A stretch of DNA of 63,700 nucleotides from Paraspadella gotoi (Eukaryota; Animalia; Chaetognatha). The DNA is taken from positions 19,395,942 to 19,459,641 of the forward strand of contig CM119265.1 in the NCBI GenBank assembly GCA_051294375.1, in the 5' to 3' direction. The stretch's first letter is position 1. Each line of letters opens with the position of its first letter. This document shows, in pieces, positions 52,834 to 63,700 of this stretch. Made by a program: the position numbers and the translations under genes. The notes under the pieces are model-generated. The model was not told where the DNA came from. It saw only the letters and a program-made list of their open reading frames with translations, and ran no database searches.

Positions 52834-55800
52834 ATGTTTAACAACTTTTCGAATTACAATGGTTCCTCGCCACTCTCCTCCGGCGCCATAAACGACAAAG
52901 AATTCCTCCAAGCTCCCATGCTGCCGCCGATGCTCTCTCACGGGTATCGGGCCGGCGGCGACGAAAGATTGGCGACTGTTGGGGAATCTTCATCTCGCCG
53001 ACTCGAAGTTTTTCCTTCGGGATCTCTACGATGTCGTGATGAACGATTTGAATCTTCACTCCGCGTCTCGTCGGAGTTACGACGTGGACGCTCTCCGCCG
53101 TCGAAGTCTACACGATTATCGAGACCTGATAAGAGAAAAAGTTTGAACAGAGAGAAATTAAACAAAAATAAAGAGTACAAAAAATTTTGTAGCAACACAG
53201 GCAGGGGGGAAAATAAAGGAAAACCGAAAAATAAATTCCAATGGAAACAGAAGCCTCAGGATGACCGCCCTTCTTTAACTCTCAATTTGAACGATATTCG
53301 GGATAAGGTACAAGACGAGCAATTTATGCCACTCTCCTACGGCGCCATTAACGACGAAGAATTCCTCCAAGCTCCCATGCTGCCGCCGATGCTTTCTCAC
53401 TCTTCGTTATTATCGCCGACGGTTATTCACTCCGAGGATGCAGAACTACTTCTTCGGCATGATCCGCGCGTGCGCCGCTTTGCCAACGTCATGTTTTGGG
53501 TCAAGATCGATCCTATGCTTGATTGCGCGGAGTACAACAAGGACGTCGTGGTCCGCGCCCTCGAACGGGAACACGTCGAGTGGTGGCTTGACACTCGAGA
53601 ACTTTCCTCATCTTCTAAAGACAGCCGATGTTTTAAAACTTATCTATACGGCGACAACGTCCTACTTGCCTCCGCTACCGCCGACCACCGTGTCGACGCA
53701 TCTCGCGACGTCTTCATCGATTTTCTTTGTCGCGTCGTCGATTCCGAGTTTCTTACCCTCGATCGGAGAGAAGAGTCGCGACTGTACCTTTTCACCTCCG
53801 CCGCCGACGCGGGGGGTCACCGCGACCGGCTGCCGGCGTTTCGATACGATATCCTCGTCGCCGATCACGCTGTTCCTTTGTCATCGCGCCCACTGTGTCG
53901 AGGATGCGGAAGGTCTGGTCACAACCAGAGATTTTGCCCATCTGCGGATTCATACGGTCGAAAGAGCGATTTCTTAAGCGGGTATCGGGCCGGTGGCGAC
54001 GAAAGATTGGCGACTGTTGCGGAATCCCCGTGTCGCCGACTCGAAGTTTTTCCTTCGGGATCTCGACATCGTCGTTACGGACGATCTGAATCTTCACCCC
54101 GCGACTCGTCGGAAGTACGACGTGGACGCTCTCCGCCGTCGAAGACTACACGATTATCGAGGCCTGATAAGAGAAAACGGGGGCAAAAAAAAGGAAAAAC
54201 TAAAATTAAATTCCAACAGAAACAGAAGCCTCAGAAGCCTCAGAAGCCTCTCAATTTGAACGATATTCGGGAAAAGTTACAAGTCAACCAAGATATGCTT
54301 GGCAAAGTGTTGTACGTAAGCGAACTGATAAAACAATTGACTGACCAACCTCGCAAAGTTCGTCGGATTTCTCATGCGTTTAAAGAACTACCCGCTGATC
54401 AACAGGTATTATATTATATATTATATATAGATATTATATACAGAATATTATATTATATTAGATCGTTACTCGGTAGAGGAGGAAAAATAAAATATATGTT
54501 GGTTGAAGTGTAGAAAATTGTGTGCCTAACTCATATCTAACAATGAAGTACTAACCGGTTAATTATTGTTTACGTATTTATTTCCCTTTTTTCAGATTTC
54601 GCTCTTTTACAGCATCATAATCGATGTCCACAGCCCAACTCCGAAACAAGATATGTGGCCCGTCTTTCAACATCTTTTCGACGCCCTCCCCGATACTGTT
54701 ACGATTCCGCTCTTCCAGAAACTTTTCAATGAACACTTTTCGCCGCGGGGATTCAGAGTGGATTTTTTAATGAGGTCCCTAAGTTTCTTCCATCCCTCTC
54801 TGGTCGGTCCCATTATGGCCTTGTCTTCCTCCCTTCGGCCGTCGCTTTCAAAGACCTTCGCCCAGCTGAGCGAAAAACCTCGACAAGCCGTCATCGATTA
54901 TCTCTCACAACTCCTCGCGATTTCACCAATGAAGAGAATGAAAAGGTTCTCTGACGACTTGAAACGTCCCGATCGAATAGAAAAGAGTTGGTTGTCTCGA
55001 CAGCTGGTGAACAAACTGAAAAAAACTTTTAATCATGAGATCCCTGAGGCAGAGAAATATCCAGACGACGAGTTATTTGAACTTAATACAGCCACCATCC
55101 AATACACGAATGGACATTTGGAGAAGGAAGATTTCATTCAGTTCGTCAAAAACACTCTCTCTGCGGACGATCCGAAACCGAGGGAGTATTTCCTGGAATA
55201 TCTTATCTCGGCGCTGCCAGCCGCTGCGGAATACTTCAACATTGAGTGGCGCCTCGCCGATTTTGATGCCGAGATCGAAGCAGCTAAGCCCTTCGAACCT
55301 GATAGGTACTTCGTCGAACAGACCTGCGTAGATAACGAAGCTTTCCACGCTTTAGCCGACGATGCGTTGGAGTTGACGAGTGTTGACGATTGCCTCTCGG
55401 CGGAGGAAGCCCTTCGCGATTCCGGAATCGTCTACCTCGACGTTCAATTCCACCGGACGGACGTGAGCGAGCACCAACTGATGTTCGCTGTCCTTCACCT
55501 GTGTCACGAGAAGAAGACAATCGTCTACAGTGTGTCCCAATGGTACTGTCGGTTGTCCTATACTGATCGAAAAACATGAATTCATTGTCATGAATTTTTG
55601 ACCATTTTAGATTATACTTAAATAAATTAGGAAAACAATTTTTTCAGTGATTTTTTAAAAAAAATATTAGATTATACATTTTTTTAATATTTAATAAATA
55701 TTTAATATATTATTGAATATATTATCTTATAAATCGTTTTCCTAGATGTAGGACAGTAAGAAACAAGCTCATATATTTAGCTACAGTGGTTTTATAATAC

Positions 55801-56690
55801 AGTATTCATTCTTTTTAAAATTATCAACTTAGCTTATTTATAATATTTTTTAATTAATTTAGTAATAATTTATGGAATAAATAGCAACCATTTTGTTCTG
55901 GCTAAATGATTTAATCATTCATAACTTGAAATAATGGAATTTTAAAATCAATAATAATTTATAAATTTTTGCTTTTTATTATATTTACAAAATTAAAATT
56001 TTAGTAATTTATATTATATATATTTTTAATAAATCTTATTTTAAAATATAAAAAATAATCTGAAAATTAAAAAAGTTAAAAAAACTTGGACTCATTTAAA
56101 TTTTATATTTGGCAAAGAAATTAATAAAAATTGAATTCGAAATATATCATAAATGGTAAGAACATATCATTGACATCTTTATCTCAGAAATAAGATACAA
56201 CAACTCAGTTCGGCATGATATGTAAAAGTTAACAGTCAGTACTCAGTACCATTGGGACACGTATCAACACTTTCTCAGTGACAACGAAACGCGAAACCGG
56301 GTTCGCAATTATCTCTTTCCATTGCTTGCCCAAAAAGGGAGAAAGACGGTTGTTATCGGGACAAATAACATTGCAGCTAAGCTCGCCAAGTTTCTCCAAA
56401 GATCCTTAGATTTCGCTTCCCTAACGTCGATCAAGAAGCACGTTTTGAAAAAGTACGATATGCAGTTTTCTGTCGATAATTTTTGCAAAGAGTTCAGTGG
56501 GGAGACCATATGCCTACGCGGCAGTTGGTTCCCTCAACAAGAGAAAGTGCCACCGATGTTCGTCACCGCGCGTCATTTTTGCGCTCGAGCAGCGCTCACC
56601 GGTCTGTACCTGGTGAGTGACAAGCGTTTCCTCGAACCAGACGTGTTTAGTGAGAAACTCTTCCGCGTTGCGGATAATGATTCGAAATAG
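52834..56690 (+). CDS. Zinc-knuckle protein with an internal duplication and a divergent MUT-7/EXD3-like helical plus DEDD-fold C-terminus (catalytic residues apparently lost), 3 coding exons
   Basis: Exons ~52834-54405, 54597-~55545, ~56240-56690. CCHC knuckle CRGCGRSGHNQRFC; segment FHALADDALELTSVDDCLSAEEALRDSGIVYLDVQF resembles the ExoI region of EXD3/mut-7. Family assignment is from recall only. Confidence 0.55.
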
Positions 56691-57042
56691 TTGAGGTTCA
56701 ACTTCGACGAAGGTTTTGTTCAGTTATTTAAAAATTTGAAAAACTAATTTTGTTTTTAAGATTTTTGTTTTCATGTTTTTTTATATTCGTCAAAAATTTT
56801 GTTTCATTACAAAAATTCATAAAAATTCAAATTTTTATTGAATCCTTTTACAGTAGTTATCACATTGGTAGTGACAAAGTTAATTTATATTTTTTTAAAT
56901 TTTTAACACGAACAACTCGAGATAGTTATTGACATTATAAATACTTAAAAACCAAAATAATTACAATAAATACGTATAGATAAGATAATCACAATCTGAA
57001 TTTGCAGCAACAAATTCGGAGAAGCTTTTGCCCACGTCCATG

Positions 57043-58934
57043 TCAAGTGAGTTCGATTGAGTAAGGAAATTTCTTTCCATATACGGGCCACGTGAGGTCC
57101 GTGTCAAGTATAACGTCTATGGGCTTTTCATAATATTCGGCGTATGCCCTCGGAGAGCAGAGCTTGTCGGAGCGAAGCAAGTAGAGAAGAATATCCTGTT
57201 GCGGCAGGAGTTTTGGCACCTTCTCCACAAGCGAGTCCAATGCGTTTTTCAGATTCATTTTTGGCTGAAAGAGTGTATAACTTATTTTTTAAAGAACAGA
57301 TGATTAATTTTATTTAATTAGTTTTAATTTTATTTCATTTTTAAAAACCTGAATTATGAAAACGTAGCACTTGCCTGTTTGGAAATATACACCCCCAGTT
57401 CGAGGAGTTGCTTCAAAGCGTCTAACACCGTTGTCTCTAAGGGATCGTTTGTTTCGTAATCTTCTGTCTTTATTGCGTGAATATTCAGAGTCCTGTAGTT
57501 CCACTGAGAGAAGGTCCTCACTAAAGAGGCCAGATTATTTTTAAAAAATCCTAAAAAAATTTAAATCGCCCTCGATATGATGTAATTTCATCCACCTGGT
57601 ATGTCGTGAGATATGTTAAGAATCTTCGCATCAGTCACCATGGAGGACTTAAAATTGGTTGTTTTGGCCATATCCTGTCATTTAAATTTTTTTAATCTCA
57701 TGGTTTAAATCAGAAGCAGAAAATTTTGTAATGTTTTAAACGATTTTATTTTAAAAAAATCGTACATCTTTCGACTCTGCATTCGAGCCTTCATCAGCGC
57801 TTTGACAATTTGTGAAATAATTTAGACAAATGTGATAGAGAAAGAGAGAGAGAGAGAAACCAGTTTTCAGTTTTGAGAAAAGAATTGAGAAAAGGACAGT
57901 TAGATTAAGTAAACTGTGAAAAGAAGTGATAGAGAGAGAGAGATTTCTTTAACAATACCTTTGAGCAATGTAAGAATCAATGAAAAACTCAGGAATACAT
58001 GGTTAATAACAAATTTGAAAAAAGTTAATGAGTTAATTGAAATTCAAATTGAAAATGAAGAGCTTAGGGATAGATATAAGTGAAAGATAATAATGAAATA
58101 TAAAAGTTAAGAAAGAGCTCAAAAAAGCTCATTTTTAACTCTTATATTTCACTATTATCTTTCCCTCACCTCTTCATTTTCTCATTTCAATTTTCAATTT
58201 GAATTTCAATTAACTTATTTTTGTAAAAAATACTAAAAACTTTCGTTTTCGAATCTGCTTAATTAACTTATTTCAAATTTGTTATTAATCATGTTATTCC
58301 TTAGTTTTTTGTTGTAAATTCCTCAAATGTAATGTTTATGACATCCTTTCCCTCTTTCTTTTTTTTTCCTCTCTCTCTATCACATGTCTTAATTATTTTA
58401 CAAATTGTCAAAGCGCTGATGAAGTCTCGAATTCAGTCGTTTTTTTTAAATGAAATCGTTGTTTAAAATTAAATCATTACAAAATTAAATTTAATTTAAT
58501 TTAATTTAATTTAATCTAAAAAAAAAATCATTTATCATCACTCTTCAAACGCACAGATATTATTGTTCTCATAATGTCTGGCGTCGTCTCCAGCACTTGG
58601 ACGCACGTAGCCGGATAAATTAGCAAAAGACCCGTGACGCCTTCCCCAGGCCCGCCCTGACTCTGACTTGACTGCTGTAACTGTCGATAAACCTGGAAAA
58701 ACAATATTTATTCTTAATAGTTTCACGAAATTTGACGAAATGTACCCTCACCTTCTCGTAATGTTGACCCAAGTCTCTTTTATCGGCCATGTCCGGCCGC
58801 AGTCTCCCGATCACGACGAGTCTATTCAGCATTGACTTCTTGTTCATCGCTCGATTCTTTTCTTCGATGACGTCGAGAAGCGACAGTCGTTGCGTGTCAA
58901 ACAGGTCGTCCTTGTCGTCGTCAAACCCCGCCAT
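57043..58934 (-). CDS. TEX47: Testis-expressed protein 47-like (BLUF-like fold), 5 exons
   Basis: SLLDVIEEKNRAMNKKSMLNRLV; GVTGLLLIYP; AKILNISHDIP; FSQWNYR; VPKLLPQQD; PIDVILDTDLTWP. Confidence 0.8.
57722..58486. mobile_element. ~765-bp imperfect palindromic (foldback) element with outward-facing hammerhead motifs, in a TEX47 intron
   Basis: Arms mirror each other (CTTCATCAGCGCTTTGACAATTTGT / ACAAATTGTCAAAGCGCTGATGAAG; TAATAACAAATTTGAAA / TTTCAAATTTGTTATTA); centre ~58120. Confidence 0.8.
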
Positions 58935-59252
58935 TTTTATTTGCAGTTTTTAAAACTTGCCTTTTTCTTAATTACATATAAGGAAGATATAGTACATATA
59001 CACTGGAACATATATTAATATTTATTGTTCAGCCGAATGATTTAAAACGGCCTTAAAAATTTTATCTCGATAGCAAATATTAAAATATTAAAATTACATT
59101 TTAATTGATATACACTATAGTATATAGTATAGTACACTACAGGTGGGCATGATAAATTGAATTTTAAATTATTAATTAAGCAACGTTGTTCATTGCACCG
59201 GCACAACGATCGATTGTATCTGGTACGCATCTATTGCCGACTAAAATCGTCA

Positions 59253-62200
59253 CTATCTTGGGTCTGTCATAAGGTGCGGGGTTCCTGCGGGAGGTGCCGT
59301 CGTTTGCGTCCCTACGCTAGCGGCATCGTATTCTCCACCGCTGCGTCTGCCGCTCTGCGAGTCTTCTTCCGAAGAATACAGTGGAAACCCCAGCATCTCC
59401 TGACAAAACTTGTTTGCCGAAACATTTTTAGGCATTTCTCGCTCGATGATTTCCGCCGTTTTCATGGGATCGAAAAGTTGTTGTTCCGAAACTCCTCCCT
59501 CCTCCGTGTGTCCTATCAAGGAAACGTATTTAAATTTTTGGGTATTTTCGTTTTTTACGTACAGGGGTGAGATCATATATCTAGATAAAACTTTAAAAAA
59601 ATCATTATTCTTAAACTGTTAATGAATTTTAAAATTTGAATAAGTATTCAAATAATACTCCCTCTTAGCTTTTAGACGATATATTAATTTAACTGTTTTG
59701 AAATTCTGTGATATAATGCTTTGATGAATCAAAGGCAACTGCTCCGTTTTCTCCTCGCGGTTTGGAAGAAAATTATTTGAATATTTGTTTAATCTAAGAT
59801 ATAACAGACAAAAATATTATATATGAAAATATTTATTTGTAGTATATTAATATTTCATTTTGGTAAAAAAAATTTTAAGTAAGCAGGTAAGTTTTAGGTA
59901 AGTTACTGTTATGGTTCAATTTATATTAAAACTTATTTTTATCAAAAAATTTATTAATAATATTGTCAGATAATTAAATTAATCATGTAAGATTTATGAA
60001 TGCATAATAAAAGGGTTTAAATGGTAAGAAATACAAAGTTTTTGACGATTTAAGCAGATTCATTAAAATCTAGTTAAAATTTTGTTTACTAACCTGAAAA
60101 ATAATTGAATAGGTTTAATCTGAATAGTTAAAAAAATATAACGCTGACATGCTAAGAAACGACGACTGAAAAATATTAACAAGTATGGATTTCATCAAAT
60201 GCAATACAATGCTGGCGGCGAAAATATAAATTAGCTTTTTTTTTTATAAATTAAAAAAAACTTTGCCGGTTTTCAATATTTCAATCTGAAAGATTTCACA
60301 TTTGTCATTTTTATCCTGGACTAGTAGTACTTGTAACTATAGTCTATACTTATTAGATAATTACCAAGATAATTATATATCTATCAAACTTGTCTCCATT
60401 TAATCCATTACCCAGTACCCACCCAGCAGCGTGGCAACGAACTCGGCCAGTTCTAGCTCGGTCATATGCTCCCCGCGCGTCTGCAAACCCTGAAGCAGCA
60501 TCGACCGCTCGACCGAGGGTCCTTCGTCTTCGTCCTCGAAGTCATCGGCGCCAACTCCGAGCGTCTCGAAGGCCCAGGCCAGTCGGCGGAGACTCAGGCC
60601 AAAGGCCGGCCGATGGTTTACGTAGAGTTTGATAAAATTGCCTTGAAAGAAAGATGTGAGCAAGATTGAAATACCTGCGACGGAAACTGATTAAATTTAA
60701 TAGAAAATACAAATTATTAACGAAATATATTCAAAATGTTTTATATATTTTATTAAGCATCATATTAACGATTGAGAATTAATCATTAAAACTGACTTTA
60801 GGTGAACAGCGATTATCTTTTGAGCTCCATACTACGACTTGAATAGAAATAGGTTTCAAAATTTAGGGAAAAGAAAAGTTCCCAGGGCCCATTTTATTCT
60901 CAAACCTCCTCCCTCGATGATGCGTCAGACCCATCAGACGAGGGTAAGCGAAACTAACAGAAAATGGTAGGGAGAACCGCGCGAGTTTTTCGGCGTTCCG
61001 AGATAGAACTAATTAGGCGTGAAGGGCGGGACGGGCCGAACGGGCTGAACCGGGAGTGTATACTTGGAATAAGGAATTGGGGCGATGGAAATGGGGGAGG
61101 GTAATGCTGGGAGTGCGTGATTGAGAAAATGTGAAGAGAGTTAAAAGAGAAATGTGGGCGAAGTATGGAGGTCAAAAGTGGGTGGATGAATTAAATGTGG
61201 ACGATGTATGAGATGAAAAAATAATAGATAAAAATCTGCTTATTAAAAAACATTCCATAAGTGTTTGTGCTGAAGGAGCGGGGAATTTAACTAAATACTT
61301 TGATTATTTTAACTGCCCTCCAAAATTTCTCCATCTCTTATTGCTCATAGTTAATATTTAAGTTGTGAGACACTAGTAAAAAATTTTTTTTTCGCGAAAA
61401 TGGGACTGGAAGACGAGGAGGAAGACGAGAAAAAAAGAGTCATTAGAGGAAAACTATTTCCAAGTCCATGAAACGGAAAGGGAATCGTGATTGGACATTC
61501 GTGTCTCAAGGACTTCTTTCTCTCTTGTTTCACTCACTCAGTCGCAGACGCCTATATATTTCAATGGTTCCGTATCATTCGCATATTGCAGCGTTTATAG
61601 GATTTGAATTTTGGAAGATAAAGTTTAATCTATGTTACAAATTACAAAGCCTGTCCAAAGTCAGGGGCAAGATAGCTTATTTTATTAAATGAATGGATAA
61701 TTTTTATATTGGTTGTACCAATTTCATAAAATTCAGCTCATTGTATTTTGATGCTAGTGCGGAGTACAATAAGTATTCCCCGATCTAATACTTAAGGGAG
61801 TGGTCTTTTCATACAATTGAAACATTCTTTGAAATATTTATACCACTTCATTGATAGGGAAGCCAGGCACTCTGGGAGTGAATAAACGAGACTGTGAGAG
61901 AGTCTTGATTGAAAGCTTGCAGGGACCTGCTATGTCATTATCTTGTAAGAGTGATGGAGGCCTTAAACCACCAAAGCCTGTCCAAAGTCAGGGGCAAGAT
62001 AGCTTATTTATTAAATGAATGGATAATTTTTATATTGGTTGTACCAATTTCATATAAAACATAATTGAATAGTGTCTTGTTCCGATGGTTTTATTTGTCT
62101 TGTGTGAAACTCTTTTACTAATCGTCAGAAATTAGAGAGATAACCAAGAATTCTAACAATATGTACATTGACAATAGGACGAATGTTGGACACAAACTGG

Positions 62201-63037
62201 ATCAAGGTGAGCCATCTCGCTGTTAATATCGCTCATCTAAATATAAAAACTCATCGCTGAACCTCCTGGATTGGGGAGTCTTTAGAACTGACCGATCGCC
62301 GACTCGATTTTTTCCTTTTTGTTTACCGTTTTTTTTTTTTCCGGATCTGCTTATCGCAGATTCCGGCTCTATAATTCACAATCTATTTCACTTTTTTTAT
62401 TTTTATATTAAATGTAATTAATCTGCATTAATTAATTATTAATAAATAAGTAATTAATTATTTGTAATTTTGTAATCGAGATTGTTGTTTTGTGATTGAG
62501 AGGCGAGACAAAGTGGAAAACGATTTTGACACAAATGTTAAGCGCTGATGAAGGCTCGAAAATTGTGAGCCGAAACATGTCTGCTTTGTTACAAATAAAA
62601 TCGTTGTAAAGAATTAAAAAAACTTTGCGAGACACGAATCAATTAATTATCTGATCAGCTGCTTACCGATAATGATCGTAGGCAGATCCGGCATTGTTTG
62701 CTCAAACTTGGTTTTTCTCATCCTCACCTAAATCGATGTCCTCCACATATCGTCCGGTCTCGACGAATTCGCCGAACTTGACCTCGTTGAGCATATCGTC
62801 GATCTCCTGCTCGCTGGGGTAGAAGCCCATGGCTCTCATGACGAAGGGGATCTCCTGGAGAGGGATGGTGACGGCTACGCGGCGCCGCTCCATCGTGTCC
62901 ACGCCCTGGCTTCGCAGCATGGCATAGTAGAAGTAGTCCTCCAGCTCTGAGAAGAGCGGCCCGCCATCGCCGCCCTCCAGTAGGCCGAGGAAAGGGGTCA
63001 GTCCGGATCCGCCCAATTGTGACGAGGCTTCGAGTGC
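59253..63037 (-). CDS. CFAP251: CFAP251/WDR66, last three exons (62728-63037, 60423-60641, 59253-59512); gene continues beyond the window
   Basis: [24 protein letters not shown]; [27 protein letters not shown]; [13 protein letters not shown]; [13 protein letters not shown]. Confidence 0.92.
61645..62054 (+). mobile_element. Small element with ~83-bp direct repeats (61645-61728, 61972-62054)
   Basis: Near-identical direct repeats around a ~245-bp core; a third copy of the repeat is at 19601-19697. Confidence 0.7.
62545..62581 (+). ncRNA. Intact minimal hammerhead ribozyme motif (Penelope-type)
   Basis: aagcg-CTGATGA-A-GGCTC-gaaaattgt-GAGCC-GAAA-CATG-TC-tgctt: stem I 5 bp, stem II 5 bp, palindromic ACATGT stem III, GUC cleavage triplet. 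Confidence 0.8.
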
Positions 63038-63100
63038 CTGGAGATGCAATGGGCAATATTCGCTTATTTATATATATTTTGAAAACTTCTTTCCAATTGT

Positions 63101-63313
63101 GGAAGACGATACGGAGAGCAGTTCACCGTCCGTTGCACACGAGGTACCGAACTTCAGATCGAACTGTAGTCCGTCACTACAGGTTGGTGAGTCGCCCCGT
63201 CCCACTTTCACTCGTGGACTCGAACCCGAGTCCTTTGGGTTGTGAGGAGCTCGTGCTACCTCCGGCGCCATAGGTACTGCTGATTTTCGAACGAGTAGCG
63301 GGGTATGGAACAC
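63101..63313 (-). mobile_element. tRNA-derived SINE-like repeat, family A
   Basis: Minus strand has A-box TGGCGCCGGAGG and B-box GGTTCGAGTCC in tRNA-like spacing; second copy at 3587-3788. Confidence 0.75.
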
Positions 63314-63700
63314 TTGTTTTTAAAAAACTAACTTATGAATATGATATAATTTATGTAAAAAGAAAAAAATTGGATGGTAAAACTATTTTGACCCTACTCT
63401 TATTTTTCTCTCTTTTTACATTTTTGCTCCTTTCGCCAGCTGAGGGCAAGAAGGCTTCTCTTCCCAATTTTCTTTCCTTAATTGGATGCCATCAATCTTC
63501 TCAAATTTTTTTCCCTCCCAATTTCTAGAAATAGAAAAAAAGGGAAAGGATGAAAACGAAATGGATTATGGGGTCTGAATCCACAGACGTAACCTCCGAC
63601 TACCTAAGCTCTGCCTTTGTTAATTTGTTTTTTTCTCTTCTTTTTTGTCACCAGACTTTCTTAGAATATTTGTTTGTTTTACTCTCTTGATTTACGTAGG

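Noticed and set aside
60905-60960. CAGACGAG..CGAAAC as another hammerhead
   Set aside because: Lacks the CUGA core and a pairing stem II

Overview
Eukaryotic (animal, most likely a ciliated invertebrate) genomic DNA from a compact, intron-rich genome: mostly 50-100 bp AT-rich introns, CpG-rich exons and CT/GA microsatellites. I reconstructed 13 spliced or single-exon protein genes by hand: AJM1-like (+); a same-strand ciliary run CFAP43-NME7-IFT140-C2orf81-like (+); a membrane progestin receptor (PAQR) nested antisense in an IFT140 intron; SDHA and PRMT9 (-); TAF8, SEC24A/B and IDI1 (+); a zinc-knuckle/MUT-7(EXD3)-like probable pseudo-exonuclease (+); and TEX47-like plus the 3' end of CFAP251 (-). 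A tRNA-Gly(TCC) lies in another IFT140 intron. The most unusual signals are: a dispersed family of minimal hammerhead-ribozyme (Penelope-type) motifs, two loci of which are self-inverted palindromes; operon-like tight gene packing, with an RFX X-box at the head of the ciliary cluster; an apparent excess of GC-AG introns; and an intron whose two junctions are spanned by a 17-bp inverted repeat. Gene identities come from recognising the translated motifs, not from database searches. Exon boundaries are hand-derived.
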